Assembly (NCBI RefSeq): GCF_000026545.1
Contig: NC_011601.1
DNA: 64,000 bases
DNA from: Escherichia coli O127:H6 str. E2348/69
GTDB taxonomy: Bacteria > Pseudomonadota > Gammaproteobacteria > Enterobacterales > Enterobacteriaceae
Direction: 5' to 3' (one strand)
In this document: one piece after another, positions 43,765-53,664 of the stretch
Numbering within the stretch: the stretch's first letter is position 1
Layout: each line of letters opens with the position of its first letter
Notes under the pieces: model-generated
Database searches by the model: none
Told to the model about the DNA's origin: nothing
Seen by the model: the letters and a program-made list of their open reading frames with translations, nothing else
Position numbers and translations under genes: made by a program

Positions 43765-45360
43765 ATGGCACAGCTTGTTGATATTTACGGACGCCCGCTG
43801 AAATGTGAGGCACTCAAAACCACGCAGTCGGTCAGAGTGGCGGAACGGCTGCGCATTTATCCAGACCACCCGTCGCGTGGTCTGAACATCAGAAAACTGC
43901 CGCGCATTCTGGAAGCTGCCGAACGCGGCTATCTTCCGGCGCAGGCGATGCTGTTTGCGGACATGGAAGAACGTGATGGCCATCTGTTCGCCGAGATGGA
44001 AAAGCGCAAAAAAGCCTTGCTGACACTGGACTGGTCGGTGGAGCCGCCCCGCAATGCCTCGAAGGCAGAAAAGGAGCTGACTGCCGCCGTGGATGAGTGG
44101 CTGCACGGCATCCCGGACATGGAGGACATCATCCTCAACGGGATGACCAGTGTCGGTTATGGCTTCAGTTGTCAGGAAATCAGCTGGGCGTTCGTGGATA
44201 AAACGTGGTTACCGGATGCGGTGACGCTGCGCCCGCATAACTGGTTTATTACCCTGCCGGAACACAATGACGAACTCCGGCTGGATGACGGCAACCGTGG
44301 GGAAGACGGTAAGGACGGTTCCGCATTGTGGCCATTCGGCTGGCTGGTTCACCGTTACAACGCCCGGTCGGGGTTCCTGGGGTCATCCGGCCTGTTCCGC
44401 GTACTGGTCTGGCCGTATCTGTTTAAAAACTTTGCGCTGCGTGATATGGCGGAATTTCTGGAGATTTACGGCCTTCCGGCGCGCATTGCCTACTATGCAC
44501 AGGGCACCAGTGACGAAGACCGGGATAACATTCTTGAGGCGCTGGTCAATCTGGGGCATGAAGCGGTGGCAGCCCTGCCGCAGGGTAACGAGATTGAGTT
44601 CAAGGAAGCCGCATCCGGCGGACCGGAGGCGTTCATGTCGATGGTGGAATGGGCGGAGCGTACCACCTCAAAAGTGATTCTGGGCAGTACGCTGACCAGC
44701 CAGGCCGACGGTAAAACCTCCACCAACGCACTGGGTAATGTCCATAACGAGGTCCGGCACGACATTCTGACCGCTGATGCACGCCAGCTGTCCGGCATGT
44801 TCAGCAGTCTGATACAGATGATGGCCAGTCTCAACGGCTGGCAGGATATCCCGTCACGCCGTCTTCCGCGCCTGGTGTTTGATGTGCAGCAGGAAGCTGA
44901 CATTAAGGGCGTGGCGGAAGCCGTCAGCGTGTTGCTCAACAATGTGGGGATGAAGGATATCCCGGCGTCGTGGGTGCGCAAAAAAACCGGCATCCCCACC
45001 CCGAAAGACGGCGAAGAGGTGCTGGTGCCGGTGGCACAGTCTCTCCCTGTGCAGGCCGGACTCAGCCAGCTGCGTGAGCGGCTGAATGTTGCCGCGCTCA
45101 GTCAGCAGGATAACGGGGAGGACGACCCGGCACAGAACGCCATCGACCGGGCAGAACTTCCGGCAGAGGTCATCGCGCAGGGGATGAACGAACTGGTGGC
45201 CCCACTGGTGCAGGCCATACAGGAAGGCCGGGATGCAGACGAGGCCATGAACGTACTGGCGGAAGCCTGGCCGGAGCTGCCGGATGACACACTGCGGCAG
45301 TTGCTGACGCAGGCATTCTTTGTGGCGGATATCTGGGGGCGACTGAATGCCGACAACTGA
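43765..45360 (+). CDS. Portal protein (Mu gp29-like, DUF935)
   Basis: 531-aa ORF directly after the terminase. Confidence 0.8.
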   Translation: MAQLVDIYGRPLKCEALKTTQSVRVAERLRIYPDHPSRGLNIRKLPRILEAAERGYLPAQAMLFADMEERDGHLFAEMEKRKKALLTLDWSVEPPRNASKAEKELTAAVDEWLHGIPDMEDIILNGMTSVGYGFSCQEISWAFVDKTWLPDAVTLRPHNWFITLPEHNDELRLDDGNRGEDGKDGSALWPFGWLVHRYNARSGFLGSSGLFRVLVWPYLFKNFALRDMAEFLEIYGLPARIAYYAQGTSDEDRDNILEALVNLGHEAVAALPQGNEIEFKEAASGGPEAFMSMVEWAERTTSKVILGSTLTSQADGKTSTNALGNVHNEVRHDILTADARQLSGMFSSLIQMMASLNGWQDIPSRRLPRLVFDVQQEADIKGVAEAVSVLLNNVGMKDIPASWVRKKTGIPTPKDGEEVLVPVAQSLPVQAGLSQLRERLNVAALSQQDNGEDDPAQNAIDRAELPAEVIAQGMNELVAPLVQAIQEGRDADEAMNVLAEAWPELPDDTLRQLLTQAFFVADIWGRLNADN

Positions 45361-46513
45361 CGATGTTGACCTGGGTTATGCGTACACCCTGAAGCCGGAA
45401 GAAGCGATTAAGTATTTCGAAAGCAAGGGATACGTCATCGGCTTCCGTTGGCACGATGTGAAGGACATCGCACACGCCCGGGCGTTCACGGTGGCGGGCG
45501 TGCTGAAACTGGATGTTCTGAAGGATATCCGTGATGGCCTGACGGCGGCACTGGCTGACGGCGGGACGTTCCGGGAGTTTGCTGCACAACTGGAACCACT
45601 GCTGGAATCAAAAGGCTGGCTGGGTAAAAAACTGATTGTGGACGAGGATACCGGCGAACTGCACGGCAGACAGCTGACGCCGCGCCGGTTGCGCACGATA
45701 TTTGATACCAATATTCAGTCGTCCTACAACGCCGGGCGTTATCAGCAACAGATGGCGAACGTGGCTGACCGGCCTTATTTTGAGCGGGTGGCGGTGATGG
45801 ACCTTCACACCCGCCCGAAACACGCCGCCCTGAACGGCTTTACCGCCCGGGCGGATGACCCGGTCTGGGAGTATTTCTACGCGCCTGACGGATACGGATG
45901 CCGCTGCCGTATCCGGGCGCGTTCGGCGTCAGATGTGGAGAAATATGGCCTGACGGTGCAGAGCAGCGAGGGGCGACTGGTTGAGGTTGAACAGGAATAT
46001 GGCCAGCCGGGCCAGACCATCAGAACAATGGGGCTGAAGATGCCGGACGGTTCCGTGTATACCGCCGACCCGGGCTTCGGATTTAATCCCGGTCGGGTGG
46101 CATGGCAGCCGGAACTGGAAAAATACGATTACCGCAGCGCCCGCCAGTATGTCACCGGCACCCTGACCGGGCCGGATTTTGCACGGGGGCTGGCGAACGT
46201 CAGCGAACTGGATGCGCGCCAGCGATATCCGCTGGCCATCCGTTCACCGGAACAGGTCGCCGCCACGGGCGCTGCACGGCAGACGGTAAACCTTACGGCT
46301 GACGTCATGAAGCGCCTCAGTGCAGCAAACACGCCCCCGACTGCCGCCGACTATGCGCTGATGCAGCAGACCATCGAACGGGCGGAGCATGTCACGCAGG
46401 ACGGTAACGCGTGGCGGTATGCGTTACAGTCAGGCGACCGCTGGTCGGTGGTGACGGTTGAGGATGACGTGCTGACAGACTGGGTTATGCAGGACACCCC
46501 GGAGGCATCATGA
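45347..46513 (+). CDS. Head morphogenesis protein (Mu F / gp30-like)
   Basis: 388-aa ORF overlapping the portal stop. Confidence 0.7.
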   Translation: MPTTDDVDLGYAYTLKPEEAIKYFESKGYVIGFRWHDVKDIAHARAFTVAGVLKLDVLKDIRDGLTAALADGGTFREFAAQLEPLLESKGWLGKKLIVDEDTGELHGRQLTPRRLRTIFDTNIQSSYNAGRYQQQMANVADRPYFERVAVMDLHTRPKHAALNGFTARADDPVWEYFYAPDGYGCRCRIRARSASDVEKYGLTVQSSEGRLVEVEQEYGQPGQTIRTMGLKMPDGSVYTADPGFGFNPGRVAWQPELEKYDYRSARQYVTGTLTGPDFARGLANVSELDARQRYPLAIRSPEQVAATGAARQTVNLTADVMKRLSAANTPPTAADYALMQQTIERAEHVTQDGNAWRYALQSGDRWSVVTVEDDVLTDWVMQDTPEAS

Positions 46514-47061
46514 GCAGCGGTGAACTGGATATTAAGATTGATTTAAGCGCGTATAACACCACGCTGGGTAAACTGATTCGTTCCGTGAAGGACCGGCGCG
46601 ACCTGATGACGGCGCTTGCGGGTTCCATGCTGGATGCGGTTGAGACTAACCTGGAACAACAGGGTCGCCCGAAATGGATGGGCTGGAGTCCGGCTTATGC
46701 GAAGCGGCGCGGCCCCGGGCAAATCCTTCAGAAGTCCGGGCGACTGGCCGCCAGTATCCGCTCTGCGGTTAACAATAACGAGGCCACGGTCGGGACAAAC
46801 GTCCGTTATGCCCGTATCCACAACGAAGGCGGCGAAATCCGCCATCAGGCACGGACGCAGAACCTGTATTTTAAACAGTACAAAAACGGCAGCGTCAGCA
46901 CCCGCTTTGTGAAAAAGCGCAACAGTAATTTTGTGCAGAGCGCAACGGTCGGAGCGTATACGGTCAACATGCCCGCGCGCCCCTTCCTTCAGCTTGTGCA
47001 GGACGACATCGACGAGCTGGAGAACACCGCAAACCGCTATTTTGCGCGTGTGATTGACTGA
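46510..47061 (+). CDS. Virion morphogenesis protein (Mu G-like)
   Basis: 183-aa ORF; positional and size match. Confidence 0.55.
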   Translation: MSSGELDIKIDLSAYNTTLGKLIRSVKDRRDLMTALAGSMLDAVETNLEQQGRPKWMGWSPAYAKRRGPGQILQKSGRLAASIRSAVNNNEATVGTNVRYARIHNEGGEIRHQARTQNLYFKQYKNGSVSTRFVKKRNSNFVQSATVGAYTVNMPARPFLQLVQDDIDELENTANRYFARVID

Positions 47062-47216
47062 ATGGCGACAAACGCGCTGTAATCGGCTGTGACAGCATAA
47101 ACGCTTCATGGATGAGGCATAACAGCACCGCATCCCATAAATGCCGTCAGAATCGTTTTTAAAAGGGTTTTAAAAACGGTTTTATTTCCCCTTTTATCCT
47201 TTCCCGTTATGGCAGG

Positions 47217-48386
47217 GTGCTGAACACCCTCCACAGTACCCCGTGTTCCCCTTCCGTCATCATGCCGCGTATGAAGATGAACATTGCGGCGTTAAGCCTC
47301 GAAATTACTAAAGCAACCCACAGCGAAATCCAGCTGTTTCCGGCAGGCGAGTTCAGTGCAGTGGATGGTCGCCCACATACCGATGAAGTCGAAAGCGGTA
47401 AATGGGTGCTGACTGCCGAACTGGCCGCGCAGCTTGTCGCACAGGTGGCAGCCCGTACCACGCCTTTTGTCATTGATTACGAACATCAGACGCTGCGCGC
47501 CGTAAACAACGGCAAGCCCGCCCCGGCGGCGGGCTGGTTCAGCCAGGTGGAATGGCGTGAAGGCGCGGGCCTGTATGCCATCGGTGTGGAGTGGACGGAG
47601 AACGCGGCGGCCATGATTGCCGCCGGTGAGTACAAATTTATTTCCCCGGTATTTGGATACAACCGGCGCGGCGAAGTCATCGAACTGTTACACGCCGCAC
47701 TGACCAATACCCCGGCGCTGGACGGTATGGACGCGGTCATGCTGGCTGCGGCCAGCCGTCTGGCGAGTCTGTCAACTGAAACGGAGACCACAACAGTGGA
47801 TGAAGAACTGTTAAACGATTTGCTGTCCAGTCTGCGCTGGATGCTTAACCTCCCGGTTACCTCAACGGCGGAAGATATCAAAAACGAGCTGCAAAAGGTC
47901 GTTGACATGATTTCGAACGGTCAGGGAACGGCGGCGGCATCCGTCAGCCTGCTGGCCCTGCTGAATCAGAAAGACGAGCAAATCGCCAGCCTGTCAGCCA
48001 GTGCCTATGACCCGTCAAAACACATTTCCCTTGCTGCCTTCGAAGAACTCCAGGGGCGTTATGCCGCACTGGCGCAACAGTCCGGTGAGGCCGAAGCCGG
48101 GGCACTGATTCAGGCGGCGCTGTCTGACGGGCGACTGCTTCCGGCACAGGAAGGCTGGGCGAAAGATTACGCCAGCCGCGATATCAACGGCTTTAAGTCC
48201 TGGCTGGATAACGCACCGAAACTTGTTGCGCTCAGTCAGACCCAGACCGGCGGCAAACCACCCAAAACGCCGTCGCCTGCCCCGGCGCAGATTAAAACCG
48301 GCGATGACGTCGATGTCGATATCGCCATTTGTTCAATGATGGGCGTCGATCCAGAGGATGTCGCCCGTTACGCAGGAGATGAGTAA
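47217..48386 (+). CDS. Head protease/scaffold (Mu I-like)
   Basis: ORF upstream of the major capsid gene with Ala/Glu/Gln-rich C-terminal half; true start may be the internal MPRMKMN. Confidence 0.6.
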   Translation: MLNTLHSTPCSPSVIMPRMKMNIAALSLEITKATHSEIQLFPAGEFSAVDGRPHTDEVESGKWVLTAELAAQLVAQVAARTTPFVIDYEHQTLRAVNNGKPAPAAGWFSQVEWREGAGLYAIGVEWTENAAAMIAAGEYKFISPVFGYNRRGEVIELLHAALTNTPALDGMDAVMLAAASRLASLSTETETTTVDEELLNDLLSSLRWMLNLPVTSTAEDIKNELQKVVDMISNGQGTAAASVSLLALLNQKDEQIASLSASAYDPSKHISLAAFEELQGRYAALAQQSGEAEAGALIQAALSDGRLLPAQEGWAKDYASRDINGFKSWLDNAPKLVALSQTQTGGKPPKTPSPAPAQIKTGDDVDVDIAICSMMGVDPEDVARYAGDE

Positions 48387-48782
48387 ATGGATCGCAATAC
48401 CCCCTATCGTGACGGCGAACTGAACCCGGTGCCGGTTGCCGCTGCGACCGAAATTTTTGGTGGTCATATGGTGGCCGTTAACGCATCCGGTTATGCCGTT
48501 CCGGCCAGTGCCACGGCCTCACAGATTACGCTGGGCGTGTCTGATGGCTGGGTGGATAACAGCAAGGGCAGCGATGGCGACGCCACCGTTCTGGTGCGTT
48601 GCGGCAAAGATTTTCTGATGGCGAACAGCACCTCAGACCCTGTCACACAATCGCAGGTCGGCAAGCTGTGCTACGTGGAAGACAGCGTGACCGTGGCAAA
48701 AACCGACAACAGCAGCGCCCGTCCTGTCGCAGGGAAAGTGATCGGCATCTGTGGCGATGGCGTCTGGGTTCATTTCAGTTAA
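48387..48782 (+). CDS. Small head-associated protein (Mu Z-like position)
   Basis: 131-aa ORF between scaffold and major capsid genes. Confidence 0.45.
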   Translation: MDRNTPYRDGELNPVPVAAATEIFGGHMVAVNASGYAVPASATASQITLGVSDGWVDNSKGSDGDATVLVRCGKDFLMANSTSDPVTQSQVGKLCYVEDSVTVAKTDNSSARPVAGKVIGICGDGVWVHFS

Positions 48783-48792
48783 GGAGCAAAAC

Positions 48793-49701
48793 GTGTTAGT
48801 CAACGTTAAAAACGTCAAACAGATTTTTATCAATCTGAAGGTCACCTTCCAGAAAGCCTTTGACCAGTCACCAACTGACTGGCAGAAGGTGGCAATGGAA
48901 GTGCCATCAAACGGCAAGGAAAACGACTACAGCTGGTTAAGTCGTTTCCCGAAAATGCGCGAGTGGATTGGTGACAAGGTCGTTAAATCACTGGCGGCAT
49001 TTAACTACACCATCCGTAACAAGGACTGGGAAGCCACGGTTGAAGTCGATCGTAACGACATCGAGGACGACCAGATTATGGGCTATGCCCTTCAGGCAAA
49101 AGGAGCCGGACAGTCGGCGGCAGAACTCCCGGCAGATATTGTGGCGTCCCTTATCAGTAACGGTTTTACCAATCCCTGTTACGACGGCCAGCCGTTCTTT
49201 GATACCGACCACCTGGTCGCCGGTAAATCGGTGTCCAACAAAGGCACCAAAAAACTCAAAGTTGGCTCGCTTGCCGAAGCGAAAGCCTCCTACGGTGCCG
49301 CCAGAACTGCCATGCGTAGTCTGAAAGATGACGAAGGCGCATCCCTCAAAATTCGCCCGAATCTGCTGGTTGTGCCACCGGCGCTGGAGGATGACGCGAA
49401 CTACCTGATGACCGCCGAGAAGTTCCCGGACGGTACGCCGAACCCGTACCGCAATACCGCCGAAGTGCTGGTGATGCCGGAGCTGGCGTCGGATTCTGCG
49501 TGGTTCCTGTTTGACACCACCAAACCGGTGAAACCGCTGATTTATCAGCTGCGTAAAAAGCCGGTTTTTGTGGAGCAGACGGACTATAACAGCGACAACG
49601 TGTTCAAACGTAAGAAGTTCCTGTTTGGTGCTGAAGCGCGCTGTAACGGCGGTTACGGCTTCTGGCAGATGGCATTTGGTTCTGATGGTACGACGGAGTA
49701 A
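48793..49701 (+). CDS. Major capsid protein (Mu T-like)
   Basis: GTG start with AAGGAG RBS; about 300-aa product; the track ORF starts at 48751. Confidence 0.8.
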   Translation: MLVNVKNVKQIFINLKVTFQKAFDQSPTDWQKVAMEVPSNGKENDYSWLSRFPKMREWIGDKVVKSLAAFNYTIRNKDWEATVEVDRNDIEDDQIMGYALQAKGAGQSAAELPADIVASLISNGFTNPCYDGQPFFDTDHLVAGKSVSNKGTKKLKVGSLAEAKASYGAARTAMRSLKDDEGASLKIRPNLLVVPPALEDDANYLMTAEKFPDGTPNPYRNTAEVLVMPELASDSAWFLFDTTKPVKPLIYQLRKKPVFVEQTDYNSDNVFKRKKFLFGAEARCNGGYGFWQMAFGSDGTTE

Positions 49702-49704
49702 TGC

Positions 49705-50037
49705 ATGGAAAAGGTGATTGAAATTACCGCCCGCCGTGAGGGTTTTCGCCGCTGCGGTGTGGCACACAGTGCAACCACGAAGGCATGGCCGGTGGATGCG
49801 TTCACCCCGGAACAGCTGGCGGTGCTGAAGGCTGACCCCATGCTGATTGTGGTGGAGCGCGATAAAGCGTCCGGTCAGAACGACGCGGCCCGGGGTGATG
49901 AACTGGCCGCACAGCTGGATGCCGAGCGTCAGAAAGTCAGCGAACTGACGGCGCAGCTGGAAGAAGAACGCCGGAAGGTCCAGGACCTGACTGCGGAGCT
50001 TAAAGCGGCGAAGAAAACGGACAAGAAGGAGAAGTAA
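49705..50037 (+). CDS. Hypothetical head-tail region protein
   Basis: 110-aa ORF with charged C-terminal coiled-coil-like tail. Confidence 0.45.
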   Translation: MEKVIEITARREGFRRCGVAHSATTKAWPVDAFTPEQLAVLKADPMLIVVERDKASGQNDAARGDELAAQLDAERQKVSELTAQLEEERRKVQDLTAELKAAKKTDKKEK

Positions 50038-50040
50038 CCC

Positions 50041-50472
50041 ATGTCTTACGCCACACCGGAACAGTTCATCAGGGCGTTCAGTGAACGCGAGGCGTGCACA
50101 CTGACGGATGAAGAGATGACCGGGCTTATCAACGAGGAAAAGCTGGCCTCCGCGCTTGCGCGTGCCAGTGCCCAGATTGATGGCTATCTGGTGGGGCGTT
50201 ACCGGACCCCGTGGCCTGACAGCCCGGGGATTCTGGTGGGTTACTGCTGCGATATCGCCCGTTATCACCTGGCGACCGATTACCGTATCTGCTCAGAAGA
50301 AATTCAGATGCGCTACCGGGACGCCATCCGCTTTCTGGAGAAAGTCGCGGCAGGACAAATCAACCTCGGGCGGGATACGTCCGGCAGCGTGATCCAGTCA
50401 TCGTCACAGGTGCGTATCCGCTCCGGCTCCCGTCAGTTCGGGCGTGAGTCCACGCGGGGAGGTGCATTCTGA
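50041..50472 (+). CDS. Head-tail connector-type protein (Mu gp36-like)
   Basis: 143-aa ORF; positional call. Confidence 0.45.
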   Translation: MSYATPEQFIRAFSEREACTLTDEEMTGLINEEKLASALARASAQIDGYLVGRYRTPWPDSPGILVGYCCDIARYHLATDYRICSEEIQMRYRDAIRFLEKVAAGQINLGRDTSGSVIQSSSQVRIRSGSRQFGRESTRGGAF

Positions 50473-50525
50473 TTACTGAAATTGAACGGGCGCTGGTTGA
50501 ACGTCTGCGTTGTGGTCTGGGGAAA

Positions 50526-51107
50526 ATGGTGCGGGAAGTCCGCACCTATGCCGGTGAACTGGATGAAGACCCGGGCCGGATTGTTCGCAGCCTTCCGGCA
50601 GCCTGGGTGACGTTCGGCGGCATCGCGAAAACCGAACGCTATTCCACGTCACGCCAGAAATACATTGCCACCGGACGCTTTGTGGTTGTGGTGGGTGATT
50701 ACAACACCCGCAGCGAACAGAGCGCCAGACAGGGAGGCACCGTCCGGGATGAAGTCGGGACAAACCAGCTGGTTGAATCCGTCCGTCGCCTGCTGACCGG
50801 TCAGGATTTGGGGCTGGAGATTGATTATTTCGAACCCGGGCGCGTCAGGACGCTGTTTAACACCGGCGTGGCAGAGCGGGCAATGTCCGTGTTTGCCTGT
50901 GAGTTTGATACCCGCTGGGTGGAGCACGCGCTGGAGAACGGCAAATGGCCGGAGCGCGGTGCAGAAGCGGATATGGTTTTCAACCGTTACCACGGCCGTC
51001 TGTCAGACCCCGACCCGGATTTACTGCGAATTGGTACGCAATACGGCGCAGATATCTGTGGTCTGGATGAATTAAGAGAGCAACAGCATGAACAAAATGA
51101 AGGTTAA
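50526..51107 (+). CDS. Head-tail region protein (Mu gp37-like)
   Basis: 193-aa ORF from the first ATG; frame is open upstream to 50448, so a non-canonical start near 50469 is possible. Confidence 0.45.
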   Translation: MVREVRTYAGELDEDPGRIVRSLPAAWVTFGGIAKTERYSTSRQKYIATGRFVVVVGDYNTRSEQSARQGGTVRDEVGTNQLVESVRRLLTGQDLGLEIDYFEPGRVRTLFNTGVAERAMSVFACEFDTRWVEHALENGKWPERGAEADMVFNRYHGRLSDPDPDLLRIGTQYGADICGLDELREQQHEQNEG

Positions 51108-51321
51108 GGCGGCTCCCGGGATGAAGTTCCCGATGGAGGATAACGCCCGGAAATACATCACCACGGAAGCGGTGATCGTTGAAAACACCGCTTATTACCG
51201 GCGCGCTGTTCAGGATGGTGACCTGATTCTGGTGGCTGAAGAGCCTGAAACGGCAGAACAGGACACCGGACCAGAAAAAGCGAAGGTGAAGAAAGAGAAA
51301 CAGGTGGGCTCCGATGAGTGA
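51088..51321 (+). CDS. Hypothetical small protein
   Basis: 77-aa ORF overlapping neighbours. Confidence 0.4.
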   Translation: MNKMKVKAAPGMKFPMEDNARKYITTEAVIVENTAYYRRAVQDGDLILVAEEPETAEQDTGPEKAKVKKEKQVGSDE

Positions 51322-52735
51322 AATTCAGTTTGACACCATTTCGGGCAGTATCCGTAAGCCCGGTGTGCATTTTGAGTTTAATACCCGGCTGGCCGTTAAC
51401 ACGTTGCCGGGTAACGAACAGCGTGTTCTGGTGATTGGCCCGATGCTGTCAGGCGGCACCGCCACGCCCCTGAATGCGGTTTCCGTGTATTCCGAAGACG
51501 AAGCGGATTTGTATTTCGGGGCCGGTTCACTGGCCGCAGCAATGGCGCGCGCGGCCATTAACGCCAACAGCTATCTGCAACTGGATGTTATCGGTATTGC
51601 AGACGGTGGTGCAGGAAAAGCGGCAACAGGCGCAGTTAAAGTCACCGGCACTGCAACCAGCAGCGGTACGCTGTCGGTATGGATTGCTGGCGAGCAGATC
51701 GCCATTAATGTGGACGTCGGGGATGAACCGTCGAAAATCATTCCGGCACTGGTGACGGCAATGACGCAGACGCCATCGCTTCTGGTCACGGGGGAATACA
51801 AATCTGACACCTCTCAACTGACAGTGACCGCCCGGACCAAAGGTACCTGGGGGAATGATATCACCCTGTCGGTATCCACCACTGCAACCGGCCTTGTAGT
51901 GGCTACCACGCCGATGGCGAGCGGCGAAATGGACCCGGATATTCAGCCCGCACTGGATGCGGTCTTTGCTGCCGGTCACAACATTCTGATTTGTCCGTTC
52001 AGTACCACACCAGCCCTTGCCGCCCTGAAGCAGCACCTGGAGAAAACCGGGAACGCGATGGAACAGCGTGGCGCGATTGGTTGTGCGGGCTGGACAGGTA
52101 GTCTGGGAAACGGGATCACCCTTGCAGCCGGTGTGAACAGCGGGCGCGTGTCTGTCCCCTGGTATCGTGGTTCTGTGATGCTTCCTGCCGTGCTGGCCGC
52201 CATCTACGGCGCAGTAATGGCGAGCGAAGAAGACCCGGCACGCCCGCTGAACTCGCTGGCGCTGTCCGGGCTGGATGTGGTCGCCATGTCACAGCGCGAA
52301 AGCCGTAACGAGCAGGAAAGCGCCCTGCATAACGGCCTGACACCGGTTGAGGTTGGACCGGGTAATACGGTGCAGATTGTGCGTGCGGTCAGTACCTACA
52401 CAGTGAACGCTCAGGGTGTGGCTGATGTCTCGTTACTGGATATCACGTCCATCAGAACGCTGGACTACACCCGCAAGGCGTGCCGCGAACGTATCAGTCT
52501 TCGCTTCCCGCGTGAAAAACTCAGCACCCGAACCATCGCAAAAGTGGAAAGCGAACTGTATGACGTGCTGCTCAAGCTGGAGGAGTCTGAAATTCTGGAG
52601 AATGTGGAAGCGAATAAGGCAAAACTGCGCGTTCAGCGAAACGGGAAAGATGCAAATCGCCTGGACTGCGCGATCCCTGCCGACGTGGTTAACGGCCTGC
52701 ATGTGTTTGCCGGTCGCATCGACATGATTTTGTAA
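51314..52735 (+). CDS. Contractile tail sheath protein (Mu L-like)
   Basis: 473-aa ORF immediately upstream of the tube gene. Confidence 0.8.
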   Translation: MSEIQFDTISGSIRKPGVHFEFNTRLAVNTLPGNEQRVLVIGPMLSGGTATPLNAVSVYSEDEADLYFGAGSLAAAMARAAINANSYLQLDVIGIADGGAGKAATGAVKVTGTATSSGTLSVWIAGEQIAINVDVGDEPSKIIPALVTAMTQTPSLLVTGEYKSDTSQLTVTARTKGTWGNDITLSVSTTATGLVVATTPMASGEMDPDIQPALDAVFAAGHNILICPFSTTPALAALKQHLEKTGNAMEQRGAIGCAGWTGSLGNGITLAAGVNSGRVSVPWYRGSVMLPAVLAAIYGAVMASEEDPARPLNSLALSGLDVVAMSQRESRNEQESALHNGLTPVEVGPGNTVQIVRAVSTYTVNAQGVADVSLLDITSIRTLDYTRKACRERISLRFPREKLSTRTIAKVESELYDVLLKLEESEILENVEANKAKLRVQRNGKDANRLDCAIPADVVNGLHVFAGRIDMIL

Positions 52736-52747
52736 GGAGCCTGATAA

Positions 52748-53122
52748 ATGTCCCTGAAAGAATATATCGGCTCGATTGTGTTGGAAATTGACAGCCAGGA
52801 AATCGAGATCACCGACCTTGATGTTCAGATCAACACCGGGCGAAAGCTGGTCAAGACCATGAACAAAAGCGGCAGGGCTAAAGGCTTTGCCCGTGGCATT
52901 GCCACCTACGAACTGTCCGTTTCGGCGGTTATTCCTGATACCAACGAGCCGGATTGGGAAAATCTGGAAGGTGTGAAAATCTCGCTGTACCCGCTCAGTA
53001 ACAGCGGCAAACGCACCTCTTATCTGGACTGCTTCACAACCGAAGTGGGTGAGAAATACACCGTCGATAATGAAGCGAAAATTGATATCAAAATGGCTGC
53101 ACTCAGGAAGGTGGAAGGATGA
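52748..53122 (+). CDS. Tail tube protein (Mu M-like)
   Basis: 124-aa ORF after the sheath. Confidence 0.7.
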   Translation: MSLKEYIGSIVLEIDSQEIEITDLDVQINTGRKLVKTMNKSGRAKGFARGIATYELSVSAVIPDTNEPDWENLEGVKISLYPLSNSGKRTSYLDCFTTEVGEKYTVDNEAKIDIKMAALRKVEG

Positions 53123-53502
53123 CGATTATCGCTACACAGACCGGCGAACTGTCCGATGGTCTGGTTTTTAACGGCACCATTCATAAAAACTTTGAGCTGC
53201 GTCTGCCGGTCATGCGTGATAACGGGCAGGCACTGGAAGAAACTGAAGAACGCTTTCAGACAGTGGACGGCTTCGCGGCGGATTATTACTACCGCTGTGC
53301 GGTGATGGCGGCAACGCTGGTCCGTCTGGGGGATATTCCGCAGGAAGAACTGACGGCGGAGCTGTTGCACGACAACATGACGCCGGAAGATTTTAATATT
53401 CTGCTGGCATCACGCAACGTCCTGAAGGTAAAGCGGAACGGCGGGAATCCCGGCTCGCCGGACTCCGGCTCGCAGTCCTTATCCTCGGGCGCTACGGAAT
53501 AA
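53119..53502 (+). CDS. Putative tail assembly chaperone
   Basis: 127-aa ORF between tube and tape measure; a -1 frame ORF extends downstream to about 53675. Confidence 0.45.
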   Translation: MTIIATQTGELSDGLVFNGTIHKNFELRLPVMRDNGQALEETEERFQTVDGFAADYYYRCAVMAATLVRLGDIPQEELTAELLHDNMTPEDFNILLASRNVLKVKRNGGNPGSPDSGSQSLSSGATE

Positions 53503-53664
53503 CCGAAGAACAAATCATGACCATGAGCCGTCCCGAGCTGGACGGCTGGCTTGCCGCCGTTGACAGGCTGAACGGCGGCGGCTCAGGAAGAAAGGACACC
53601 TCACAGACCACCCGCCAGTCATTTAAATCCCTCAGAAAGAAACGCAGAAAAGGTAAACAGAAAA

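Noticed and set aside
43060-52036. Multiple minus-strand ORFs (for example 43060-43704, 44493-44999, 46543-47133, 48988-50268, 51527-52036) inside the prophage late region
   Set aside because: They overlap, antisense, a continuous and well-organised plus-strand structural operon with tight start/stop coupling; no independent start signals were seen.
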